A DNA stretch of 64,000 bases, taken from the NCBI GenBank assembly GCA_963748205.1, contig CAVVIB010000014.1:24262-88261 (forward strand). The letters run 5' to 3'. The stretch comes from an uncultured Actinomycetes bacterium (GTDB lineage Bacteria; Actinomycetota; Thermoleophilia; Gaiellales; Gaiellaceae). Shown here in pieces: positions 18,622 through 27,686 of the stretch. The position numbers were made by a program, and so were the translations under genes. The notes beneath the pieces are model-generated. The model was not told the origin of the DNA. It did no database searches and saw only the letters and a list, made by a program, of their open reading frames with translations. How positions within the stretch are numbered: the first letter of the stretch is position 1; every line of letters begins with the position of its first letter.

Positions 18622-21276
18622 ATGTCTGTAGCGGCCCGAAGCATCGTGCGGCCACCCAACGCACACATCCGTACGGTCGTCCTGACGGGGGCGATCTTCT
18701 TGGTCATGGCGGTTTTTCCCGCGCTGGCCGCGGCTGAGTCCTGCGCGTACAACGCCGGGACGAAGGCGGTCACCGCGACCATCGACCCGGGCGGGGACGC
18801 GACGCTCGTCGTCGTGGGCGGCGCGCTCCACTTCGGCGCGACACCCACCGCGTGCGGCGCGGCGACGACGACCAACACGGATTCCATCTCCATCACGGGC
18901 GGTGCCGGCACGCTCGAGAGCCTGACCCTCGACGAGTCGGGCGGCGCGTTCGGTCCCGGCGCGGCGACCGAGACGAACTTCCCCGAGATCGAGATGACCG
19001 TCGGCCTCGGAGACGCCGGCGACGAGCTCCTCGTCATCGGCACCTCCGGCAACGACAACATGGCGATGGGCGCGAGCGGCTTCTCGTTCAACTCGGACGG
19101 CGACGTCGACATCACGTTCAGCCCGCTCCCGGGACACGTCGAGGTGCGCGGCGGCGGCGGCGTGAACTTCCTCACGGGCCGCGGCGGTTGGGGCGCCGGG
19201 CTCGCGTATGCCGGGAACGTCACCCTGGTCGGCGGCGACCTCGGCGACGAGCTGAACGGGGGCAACGGCCACGACGAGCTCGTCGGCGGCGCCGGGAACG
19301 ACGTCATGAACGGCAACGCCGGCGACGACCGCCTCGAGGGCAGCGGCGCCAACGACAAGCTGAGCGGCGGCGAGGGGAAGGACTTCATGGTCGGCGGCCC
19401 CGGTGCGGACACGTTCACCGGCGGCTTCGGGAACGACCTGCTCGTGGCGCACGACGGCCAGGCGGACACCTCCATCAACGGCGGAGGCGACACGGACATC
19501 GCCTACTACGACCCGGGCCTCGACCCGACACCGAGCGCCACCGAGACCGCCATCCCGGCGGCTCCGACCGAGAGCTGCTCCTACGACGCCGGCACGCATG
19601 CCGTGACGGCGCGGGTCGCGCTCGGCTCGGAGGCGACGCTCAAGGTGGCCGCGAACGGCGAGCTGCTCTTCGGGTTCGTGCCCACGGCCTGCGGCGCCGC
19701 CACGACGACGAACACCGACTCGATCCAGGTCCTCGGCGCGCCGGACGCGGGCGAGAGCTTCACGCTGGACATGTCCGAGGGCTTCCTCGGCCCCGGCTTC
19801 ACCTCGGAGTTCAACCTGCCGGAGATCGAGATGGCGATGAGCCTCGGCGACTCCACCGACGAGATGACCGTCATCGGGACGGCGGGGAACGACCTGTTCG
19901 CCCCCGGCCAGAACGGGATGGCGCTCAACTCGGACGGCGACGTCGACGTGACGTGGACGCCGAACCCCGGCGTCTTCCCGATCGAGCTCCAGGGGCGCGA
20001 CGGCGACGATTTCATCAACGGCCGCGGGCAGGGCGGCGCCGGTCTCGCGTACCTCGGGCCGCTCGTGATCACGGGCGGGCTGGGCAACGACGAGCTCGTC
20101 GGCAGCCACTCCTCGGACGAGATCTACGGCGGCGAGGGCAACGACATCGTCTTCTCCCACCAGCTGAACGACTTCGTCGACGGCGGGCCGGGCGACGACT
20201 CCATCACGTCGGGCGAGGGCAACGACCAGATCGTCGGCGGGCCCGGAGCCGACAACCTCAACGCCGGCTTCGGCAACGACTTCCTGAACGCCGACGACGC
20301 CGAGGCCGACACGCAGATCCACGGCGGCCCCGACTCCGACACGGCCTGGTACGACGGCGGCGGAGTCGATCCGGCGCCGATCGCCGTCGAGAACGCGACC
20401 GCTGACCCGGGACAGGAACCGCCGCCCCCGCCGCCGCCTCCACCCGCCGGGACGTGCGAGTACCGCGCAGCCACCCAGGCGGTCGTCGCCAGCATGCCGA
20501 CGAGCGGCACCGCGACCCTGGCCGTCGTCGGCGGTGAGATCCGCTTCGGCGAGTCGCCGGTGGCTTGCGGCGTCGCCACGACGACGAACACCGACTCGGT
20601 CGAGATCCTCGGTGTCACCGGCGCGGCCGAGCATCTGACACTCGACCAGTCCACCGGCCTGCTGGCGCCGGGCGCGACCGGCGAGTCCAACACGCCGGAG
20701 ATCGAGCTGTCCCTCAAGCTCGGGGACGCGGCGGACGAGCTGATCGTCGTCGGCACGGCGGGGAACGACACCTTCGCGGCGGGGCTGAGCGGCGTCTCGT
20801 TGAACTCCGACGGCGACGTCGACGTGACCTTCGACGTGCTCCCGGGCGAGATCGACTTCGTGGGCGGCGGCGGCGTCAACTTCCTCACCGGCCGAGGCGG
20901 CTTCGGCGCCGGCCTCGCCTACGCCGGGGTCCTGACCCTGCTGGGCGGCGACCTCGGCGACGAGCTCAACGGTGGCAACGGGAACGACGTCATCGTCGGC
21001 GGCGCAGGGAACGACGTGGTCAGCGGCTACGCCGGAAACGACCAGATCTCGGGCGGCGGCGGCAACGACACGCTCACCGGCAGCGACGGCAACGACACGG
21101 TCGTCGGCGGCGCGGGTGTCGACACCCTCACGGGCGGCTTCGACAACGACGTCCTCGAGGCCGACGACGACGAGGCGGACGCGCAAATCCATGGCGGTCC
21201 GGGCACCGACACGGCGTACGTCGACGCGGGCGTCGACCCGGCGACGATCGCGGTCGAGACCGTCATCCCTCGCTGA
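18622..21276 (+). CDS. secreted modular calcium-binding (RTX-like) protein, three modules; tandem paralogue of 16707..18488
   Basis: 884 aa with a signal peptide ending ALAAAESC. It has three modules of the same two subtypes, a Pro9 linker near 20420..20450, and many GGxGxD repeats. Confidence 0.85.
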   Translation: MSVAARSIVRPPNAHIRTVVLTGAIFLVMAVFPALAAAESCAYNAGTKAVTATIDPGGDATLVVVGGALHFGATPTACGAATTTNTDSISITGGAGTLESLTLDESGGAFGPGAATETNFPEIEMTVGLGDAGDELLVIGTSGNDNMAMGASGFSFNSDGDVDITFSPLPGHVEVRGGGGVNFLTGRGGWGAGLAYAGNVTLVGGDLGDELNGGNGHDELVGGAGNDVMNGNAGDDRLEGSGANDKLSGGEGKDFMVGGPGADTFTGGFGNDLLVAHDGQADTSINGGGDTDIAYYDPGLDPTPSATETAIPAAPTESCSYDAGTHAVTARVALGSEATLKVAANGELLFGFVPTACGAATTTNTDSIQVLGAPDAGESFTLDMSEGFLGPGFTSEFNLPEIEMAMSLGDSTDEMTVIGTAGNDLFAPGQNGMALNSDGDVDVTWTPNPGVFPIELQGRDGDDFINGRGQGGAGLAYLGPLVITGGLGNDELVGSHSSDEIYGGEGNDIVFSHQLNDFVDGGPGDDSITSGEGNDQIVGGPGADNLNAGFGNDFLNADDAEADTQIHGGPDSDTAWYDGGGVDPAPIAVENATADPGQEPPPPPPPPPAGTCEYRAATQAVVASMPTSGTATLAVVGGEIRFGESPVACGVATTTNTDSVEILGVTGAAEHLTLDQSTGLLAPGATGESNTPEIELSLKLGDAADELIVVGTAGNDTFAAGLSGVSLNSDGDVDVTFDVLPGEIDFVGGGGVNFLTGRGGFGAGLAYAGVLTLLGGDLGDELNGGNGNDVIVGGAGNDVVSGYAGNDQISGGGGNDTLTGSDGNDTVVGGAGVDTLTGGFDNDVLEADDDEADAQIHGGPGTDTAYVDAGVDPATIAVETVIPR

Positions 21277-21315
21277 CGTCCGGCCCCGTCGGGCCGATCA
21301 GACACACTTTCGCCC

Positions 21316-21993
21316 ATGCACGCGATCGTGCCGCTCGATGAGGAGCCCCGGTTCCGCCCGTTCCCGTACGGCCTGCCCGTGGAGAGCCCGCTGCTCCGCG
21401 CCGTCGACGACGCGGCGCTCGTCCTCTCGCGGACGAAGGGCCGCTTCGACGGGCCCATCGCGTTTTGCCACGGCGTCTCCCGTGACGGGGCGATCCTGCG
21501 CCGGCACGGGCGCTACGCGGAGGCCATGGTCGTCTTCGCGGAGCCCTCGCTGGGCTACCGGCTGGGCTTCGCGCTCGGCGTGCAGCTCTTCGTCCAGCGC
21601 CCCGAGGGGCCGTTGCTCTTCCAGCAGCGCGGGCCGTCCATCGGCCGCGATCCGCTCCTCTGGACGGCCTCGGCGTCGGGCGGGCTGAACCCGACCGAGC
21701 AGCCCCGTGACGCGGTGCTCGCCGACGCGGCCGAGGAGATCGGGCTCGAGGAGTCGGATCTCCCGGGCTTCCGCCCGATCGGGGTCGTCGTCAGCGACGA
21801 CACGGGCTCCGCTCTGATCGTCTACCACGCGACGCTCCGCGAGGGCGCCGAGCCCAAGCCGAGTGCGACGAAGGTGACGCAGATCCACTGGGCCGACTCA
21901 CCCACGGACCTGGGCGCACAGGTGTCGGCGGACACGGTGGCCTGCTGGGACGTGCTGCAGCTCTGGCGCGAGCGCGACGCGGCGCCCGCCTAG
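21316..21993 (+). CDS. Nudix-fold protein with a degenerate Nudix box
   Basis: 225 aa. GGLNPTEQPRDAVLADAAEEIGL fits GX5EX7REUXEEXGU except that RE is replaced by AD. Confidence 0.5.
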   Translation: MHAIVPLDEEPRFRPFPYGLPVESPLLRAVDDAALVLSRTKGRFDGPIAFCHGVSRDGAILRRHGRYAEAMVVFAEPSLGYRLGFALGVQLFVQRPEGPLLFQQRGPSIGRDPLLWTASASGGLNPTEQPRDAVLADAAEEIGLEESDLPGFRPIGVVVSDDTGSALIVYHATLREGAEPKPSATKVTQIHWADSPTDLGAQVSADTVACWDVLQLWRERDAAPA

Positions 21994-22005
21994 CGTCGTC
22001 TCCAG

Positions 22006-23448
22006 CTAGCTGCCGGGGGCTTCGCCGCCGGTGACCTTCTCCCACCAGTCGTCCTCGCGGCGCTTCAGCTCCGTCTGGACCTGGGCGACGTACTCGGCCA
22101 GCTCGTTCTCCTTCTGGCCCAGCCGCTCCTGGAGGTCGGCCAGCTCGCGCTCGCGGCGCTCGAGCTTGTCCTCGCGGATCTCGAGGTCGGCCTCGACGCG
22201 CGCTTCCTTGGCGTCGAGCTCGTTCTCTCGGCCGTCGAGGTCGAGGAGGCGGTCACGGAGGGACGACTCCGTCTCGGTCAGGCGCTTCTCGCGCCGGTCG
22301 AGCCGCTTGCGCTGGGACTCGACGACGTCCTCGGTGTTCGAGAGCTCGGCCTCGCGCTCGGCGAGCTCGCGCTCCCGCTCCTTCAGGCGCTCCTGGAGGG
22401 CTTCGAGGTCGAGGACCTTCGACGTCTCCGACTCGACGCGGGCGAGGTGCGCCTCTCGGTGGTGGAGCTCGGCCTCGCGCGCGGCCATCTCGGCCTCGCG
22501 CCGCTCGAGCTCGGCGAGCACCTCGGCGGACACCTGGCTATCGCGGTCGCGCCCGGACATGTCGCGCTCGAGACGCTCGGCGTCGAGGCGGAGCCGGTCG
22601 TGCTTGGCCCGCATGTCGGCCTCGCGCTCCTCGAGCGCCTCCTCCTTGGCCTGTATGCGCGAGTACTCCTTCGCCAGCTCGCGCTCCCGCGCGGCTGTCG
22701 TGCCATCGCGCTTGGAGAAGCTCTTCTCCTGTTCGCGCAGCGCGTTCTCGCGCTCGGCCAGCGAGCGGTCGCGTGCCTCCTGTCGGGCCTTCATCTCGGC
22801 CTCGCGGCTCGCGACGGTCTGCTCGCGCCGGACGAGCTTCGTTTCCTTCTGGTTCAGCGACTGCGCCTGCTTCGCCAGCTCGGACGTGAGCTTCTCGCGC
22901 TCGCGATCGGCGTCCTTCAGCTCCCTGAGCTTCGACTCGACCTGCTCGGCGCGCTCGCTTGTAAGCGCATCGGAGGCGGTGAGACGGTTCTCCAGCTCGG
23001 AGAGGCGCTCCCGCTCCTCACGGAAGTTCTGCAGCTGCTCGTTGAGGCGCGCCTCGCGAAGCTCGATCTCCTGCTCGGAGGACGCGAGCCTTGCGGCGCG
23101 GACGTCGAGCTCGGCCGAGCGGGCCGCATAGTCCTTGTCCACGGCCGCATGCTCGGCACCGGACGAGAAGGAGATGGCGAGCTCTGCACGCAGGTCGCGC
23201 TCCCGGTCGAGCGAGGCGGCGAGCTCCGCGCGGAGCGCGTCAGCCTCGTCGGACGAGACCGCCGCCCCGTTCGCCTGGGGCTCGGCGAGGTCCTCGGCAG
23301 CCGCCTCGACTTCCTTGGGCGCGGCGGCCCCGTTCTTCGCCGGTGCCGGCTCGCGCCGCTTCTCGAGCTTTCCGCGAAGGCCGGTGCCGAAGCCGGTCTC
23401 GGCCTCGTTCTGGGGGGACTCCTGCTGCGTCTCCTCGCTCACTGCCAT
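22006..23448 (-). CDS. long Glu/Arg/Leu-rich coiled-coil protein, last gene of the Tad operon
   Basis: 480 aa. After a roughly 70 aa disordered N-terminus it shows almost continuous heptad-like E/R/L/A sequence. It starts 21 nt after the tadC stop on the same strand. Confidence 0.6.
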   Translation of the reverse strand: MAVSEETQQESPQNEAETGFGTGLRGKLEKRREPAPAKNGAAAPKEVEAAAEDLAEPQANGAAVSSDEADALRAELAASLDRERDLRAELAISFSSGAEHAAVDKDYAARSAELDVRAARLASSEQEIELREARLNEQLQNFREERERLSELENRLTASDALTSERAEQVESKLRELKDADREREKLTSELAKQAQSLNQKETKLVRREQTVASREAEMKARQEARDRSLAERENALREQEKSFSKRDGTTAARERELAKEYSRIQAKEEALEEREADMRAKHDRLRLDAERLERDMSGRDRDSQVSAEVLAELERREAEMAAREAELHHREAHLARVESETSKVLDLEALQERLKERERELAEREAELSNTEDVVESQRKRLDRREKRLTETESSLRDRLLDLDGRENELDAKEARVEADLEIREDKLERRERELADLQERLGQKENELAEYVAQVQTELKRREDDWWEKVTGGEAPGS

Positions 23449-23469
23449 CCGCTGGTCGCCTGCCCGCGG

Positions 23470-24384
23470 CTAGAACAGCTCCGAGAGGTTGAGGAACGCC
23501 GGCCCGAGGATGACGATGAACATCGCCGGGAAGATGAAGAGCACGGTCGGGAACAGCATCTTGATCGGCGCCTTCATCGCCCGCTCCTCCGCGGCCAGCT
23601 GACGCCGGGTGCGGGTGTCGGAGGCCTGGACCTTGAGGATCCGGCCGAGCGAGATGCCGATCTGGTCCGCCTGGATGATCGAGCGCACGAAGGCCGAGAA
23701 CTCGGGCGTGTTCACGCGCTTCATCATCTTCGTGAGCGCGTTCGTCCGGCTCTCGCCGATGCGCATCTCGCCGAGCGCGAGCGCGAACTCGTCGGCGAGC
23801 GGGCCTTCCATGTGCTCGGTCAGCTTCGAGATGGCGCCGTCGAAGCCCATCCCGGCCTCGACCGAGACGGCCAGGAGGTCGAGCGCGTCAGGAAGCTCCG
23901 ACCGGAGGATCTCTCTGCGCGTCCGCATCCGGAACGTGAGGACGGTGTCGGGGAGCATGAAGCCGACGACGGCCATGGCGAGCCCGAGGAGCACGCCGCG
24001 CGAGGCCTGGCCCGTGGCCTGGGCCACGACCTGCCCGGCCACGAAGCCGATGAAGCCCACGATCGCCTTGGAGGCGAGGTAGGTCGTCGGCGAGACCCGG
24101 CGGTTCAGGCCCGCGTTGAGGAGCTTCGTCGAGACGGTCTCGATGCTCGCCCGCGGGGTGATGCGGAGGACGGCGCGGGCGAGGCCCGTCTTCATGGGCG
24201 TGAGCGCCCGGTCCTTGAAGGTGCCGTCGTCGAGCATGCTGCCGATCGGGACCCGATTCTTGCCGTAGGTCGCGGCACGGCGGATGGAGCCCACACGCTC
24301 GCGCGCGGGCTGGGTCATGAGGTCCATGAGGAGGTAGACGGCGAGGCCTACCGATGCGCCTGCGAGAAGAAGTAGCAAAGTCAT
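23470..24384 (-). CDS. tadC: Flp pilus assembly platform protein TadC (T2SS F family)
   Basis: 304 aa. T2SSF domain (LPDALDLLAVSVEAGMGFDGAISKL...) and C-terminal TM helices. Confidence 0.85.
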   Translation of the reverse strand: MTLLLLLAGASVGLAVYLLMDLMTQPARERVGSIRRAATYGKNRVPIGSMLDDGTFKDRALTPMKTGLARAVLRITPRASIETVSTKLLNAGLNRRVSPTTYLASKAIVGFIGFVAGQVVAQATGQASRGVLLGLAMAVVGFMLPDTVLTFRMRTRREILRSELPDALDLLAVSVEAGMGFDGAISKLTEHMEGPLADEFALALGEMRIGESRTNALTKMMKRVNTPEFSAFVRSIIQADQIGISLGRILKVQASDTRTRRQLAAEERAMKAPIKMLFPTVLFIFPAMFIVILGPAFLNLSELF

Positions 24385-24385
24385 G

Positions 24386-26248
24386 TCAGTACCTGAAGTT
24401 GACGATTTTGCGGAGCATGAGCGCGCCTACACCGATCATTCCGAGGCCGACCAGGACGAGCGTCCGGCCAGTGCTCGTGTGCCAGAGGGGGCGCATGTAC
24501 TCCGGGTTGACGACGGTGAGCATCCCGCCCACGAACACCGGGAGCGCGATGAGGACGTAGGCGGACGCCCGCCCCATCGCCGTGAGGCCCTTGATCTTCT
24601 TGGCGAACTGCTGCCGGTTGCGGACGGTGTCGGCCACCATGTCGAAGAGCCCGGCGAGGCTGCCTCCGACCTGGCGCTGGATCGTCACCGCGGTGATGAC
24701 GAACTCGAAGTTCTTCGAGCCGACCCGATGGGCCATCTCGGCGAGCGCCTCGTCCATCGGCCGGCCGAGCCGGGTCTCGGTGAGGACGCGGTTGAGCTCC
24801 TTCGAAGCCGGCGGCTGGTCCTCGTCGACGACGCTCTGGAGCGACTGGCGGAAGCTGTGCCCCGCCTTGAGGCCCGCGGCCATCGTCACGAGCAGGTCCG
24901 GCAGCTGATTCTCGAACGCCCTGACGCGCTTCTTCGCCTTGAAGGAGACGACGAAATAGGGGAGCAGGGTGCCGCCGATGAGGCCGACGGCGATCCACGG
25001 AACGGACCGCGTGAAGCCCGCCGCGACGAGCCCGGACACGAAGCCCGCGGCGAGCATGACGTAGACGAGCTCGACGGTGCGAAGCGGGACGTCGGCCCGC
25101 TCGATCGTCCGCTGGAGGCGCAGCCACGGCTTGAAGTTCCCGAGGGCGTTCTCCGTCGCGCGGAAGAGGCCCGCGGCGATCTTCAGCCGCTCGCGCCCGG
25201 TCCGCTTCGCGGCCCGGCGGCGCGTGTCGAGATGCGGCTCCAGCCGCCCCTTGAGCCAGGCGCCCCGCGGTGACGCGAACGCAAAGGCGCACGCGACGAG
25301 CACGAGGATGCCGACCAGCGCGGCGAAGGACGCCTGGCCCCAGAACGTGCCGAAGAACTGCTCGGGCAGACGTCCTTCCACGGCGGGCTTGCGAGTCGCG
25401 ACTCCCTCGCCCGGCACGGTGAGCTTGACGGTCGCCGTCTCGCCGGCCGCCTTGGCGGCGACCTCGACGTTCTCGCTCGGGAGCGCCGTGGTCACGTACT
25501 CGAGTCGCCACGTGCGCGAGAGCTCCTCCGCGATGGAGGTGTAGACCTCGGCGAGCGCCTCGGTCGAGGCCGTGCCGTAGTACTTCCCGCCGGTCGAGTC
25601 GGCGAGCTCCTGCAGCGGTACCGGGTTGAAGAGCGTGCTCTCGATCCCGACGACGTAGATGGACACGCCGGCGTCCTGCGCGGCGGTGATCGTCTGCTTG
25701 AGCGTCGCCTCGCTCCGGGTTTCGTTCCCGTCGGTGACGACGATGATGACGCGCCCGAGGTTCGACTCGGACGAGAGCGAGCTCGCCGAGAGGACGAGCG
25801 CGTCGTAGAGGGTCGTCCCCTGCACCGAATCGACCGAAATGGAACGGAGGGCCGAGTCGGCATCGATCGTCGAGGTCTGGAAGCCGGTGAGCATGACCGG
25901 CTCGGTCGCGAACGTCGCGACTGCGATCCTGTCCTCCTCCGGCTTCGCCGCGACGAAGGCGCGCGCCGCTGCGACGGCGTCCTCGAGCGGCTTCCCGTCC
26001 ATCGACTGCGAACGGTCGACGGCCAGGACGATGCTCTTCCCCCGGCCGAGGTTGGTGGCCGTGAGGCCCGTGACCTCCTCGCCGTTCTCGGTCAGCGTCG
26101 GCGCCGTGATCGACGGCTCGTCCGTGACGAAGATCGCCCGGACGACCGGGTAGTCGCTCGTGTCCGCCTCGATCGTCGCCGCGACGGCGGCGGACGGGAG
26201 GACGAGGAGTGCGAGGGCCGCCGCGAGGCCGAAGACCCGCGGGCGCAT
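24386..26248 (-). CDS. tadB: von Willebrand A domain fused to Flp pilus platform protein TadB
   Basis: 620 aa. Signal peptide, then a vWA domain with MIDAS DRSQSM...TDG, a TM helix, then a T2SSF domain (LPDLLVTMAAGLKAGHSFRQSL...). Confidence 0.85.
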   Translation of the reverse strand: MRPRVFGLAAALALLVLPSAAVAATIEADTSDYPVVRAIFVTDEPSITAPTLTENGEEVTGLTATNLGRGKSIVLAVDRSQSMDGKPLEDAVAAARAFVAAKPEEDRIAVATFATEPVMLTGFQTSTIDADSALRSISVDSVQGTTLYDALVLSASSLSSESNLGRVIIVVTDGNETRSEATLKQTITAAQDAGVSIYVVGIESTLFNPVPLQELADSTGGKYYGTASTEALAEVYTSIAEELSRTWRLEYVTTALPSENVEVAAKAAGETATVKLTVPGEGVATRKPAVEGRLPEQFFGTFWGQASFAALVGILVLVACAFAFASPRGAWLKGRLEPHLDTRRRAAKRTGRERLKIAAGLFRATENALGNFKPWLRLQRTIERADVPLRTVELVYVMLAAGFVSGLVAAGFTRSVPWIAVGLIGGTLLPYFVVSFKAKKRVRAFENQLPDLLVTMAAGLKAGHSFRQSLQSVVDEDQPPASKELNRVLTETRLGRPMDEALAEMAHRVGSKNFEFVITAVTIQRQVGGSLAGLFDMVADTVRNRQQFAKKIKGLTAMGRASAYVLIALPVFVGGMLTVVNPEYMRPLWHTSTGRTLVLVGLGMIGVGALMLRKIVNFRY

Positions 26249-27684
26249 CAGTGGAACCCGCCGGTGCTCGCCGCCTGGAAGCTGACCCGCACGTTCTCGT
26301 CCGAGTCCTGCTGGAAGAAGTTCGGGGGCAGGACGACGCCGTTGGCGGCCATCTTCTCCAGGAAGTGCGGCTTCAGCCCCGTGCAGCGAAGCGGCGTGAG
26401 GAGCCGCGTCGCTCCCGGGGCAGTGGCGTCCTCGTCCGGCGGCTTCGCCATGAAGACGTCCTGAAGCGTGATCACGTCGGACTCCATCCGCATGACCTCG
26501 GTGATGTGCGAGAGGCGGCGGGAGCCGTCCACGAGGCGCGTAATCTGGACGAGCAGGTCGAACGCGCTCGAGATCTGCTCGCGGATCGCGCGGTGCGGGA
26601 GCTCGACGCCGGCGGTGAGCACGAGCGTCTCGAGACGCGCGAGCGCGTCCCGTGGGGAGTTGGCGTGGATCGTGGTCAGCGAGCCCTCGTGGCCCGTGTT
26701 CATGGCCTGGAGCATGTCCAGTGTCTCCGCGCCGCGGACCTCGCCGACGATGATGCGGTCGGGGCGCATGCGCAGTGCGTTCCGGACGAGCTCGCGGATC
26801 CGCACCTCGCCCTGGCCCTCGATGTTCGCCGGGCGGGACTCGAGCGGGATCACGTGGGCCTGCTGGAGCTGAAGCTCGGCCGCGTCCTCGATGGTGACGA
26901 TGCGCTCGTCGCCGGGAACGAAGGCCGAGAGGGCGTTGAGGGTCGTCGTCTTACCGGTACCGGTACCGCCCGAGATGAGGACGTTGAGCTTCCCCTGGAC
27001 GCAGGCGGCGAGGAAGTGCGCGGCCTTCGCGGAGACCGACCCGAAGTTGATCAGGTCGTCCATCGTGTAGGGGTCGCGCGAGAACTTCCGGATCGTCATC
27101 ACCGGGCCGCGCAACGAGAGCGGCGGGATGATGGCGTTGACGCGGCTGCCGTCCGGCAGGCGCGCGTCCACCATCGGCGACGACTCGTCGACGCGCCGGC
27201 CGACCTGGGAGACGATCTTGTCGATGATGCGGAGCAGGTGCGCGTCGTCCACGAAGGTCGACGTCGTGATCTCGAGCTTGCCTGCACGCTCGACGTAGAT
27301 CCGGTCGGGCCCGTTGATCATGACCTCGGTCACGGTGTCGTCGCGGAGCAGCGGCTCCAGCGGCCCGTAGCCGAGGATGTCGTCCGTGATCTCGCGCACG
27401 ATCTGGCGCCGCTCGTCGCGCGTGAGCGGTGTCTGGTCGAGCGCGAGCTGCTCGGTGACCGCGCGGAGCACGCGCTCCGTGAGGTCCTCGTTCGTCCGGG
27501 CGCTGAAGAGCTCCGGGCCCAGCTTCGCGATGCACGCGTGGTGGACGCGGGTCTTCAGCTCGGCGTAGGGATCGGCAACTCGCTGATCGGGCTGAGCTTC
27601 GCGCGCTGCGTTCTCGACCCGAGCGACCACCGCCTCCTGTCCGCCGCCGCCGTTCGAGCTTCTGAGGCGATCGTGGAGACCCAT
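26248..27684 (-). CDS. tadA: Tad/Flp pilus secretion ATPase TadA/CpaF
   Basis: 478 aa with Walker [17 protein letters not shown], a Walker B/Asp box, His box, and CpaF family sequence. Confidence 0.95.
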   Translation of the reverse strand: MGLHDRLRSSNGGGGQEAVVARVENAAREAQPDQRVADPYAELKTRVHHACIAKLGPELFSARTNEDLTERVLRAVTEQLALDQTPLTRDERRQIVREITDDILGYGPLEPLLRDDTVTEVMINGPDRIYVERAGKLEITTSTFVDDAHLLRIIDKIVSQVGRRVDESSPMVDARLPDGSRVNAIIPPLSLRGPVMTIRKFSRDPYTMDDLINFGSVSAKAAHFLAACVQGKLNVLISGGTGTGKTTTLNALSAFVPGDERIVTIEDAAELQLQQAHVIPLESRPANIEGQGEVRIRELVRNALRMRPDRIIVGEVRGAETLDMLQAMNTGHEGSLTTIHANSPRDALARLETLVLTAGVELPHRAIREQISSAFDLLVQITRLVDGSRRLSHITEVMRMESDVITLQDVFMAKPPDEDATAPGATRLLTPLRCTGLKPHFLEKMAANGVVLPPNFFQQDSDENVRVSFQAASTGGFH

Positions 27685-27686
27685 GG

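Noticed and set aside
16707-21276. Calling the two GGxGxD-repeat proteins RTX toxins / type I secretion substrates.
   Set aside because: They have N-terminal Sec-type signal peptides and no adjacent ABC exporter, MFP or TolC genes. Their C-terminal ends do not look like T1SS signals. Only the description 'calcium-binding RTX-like repeat protein' is supported.
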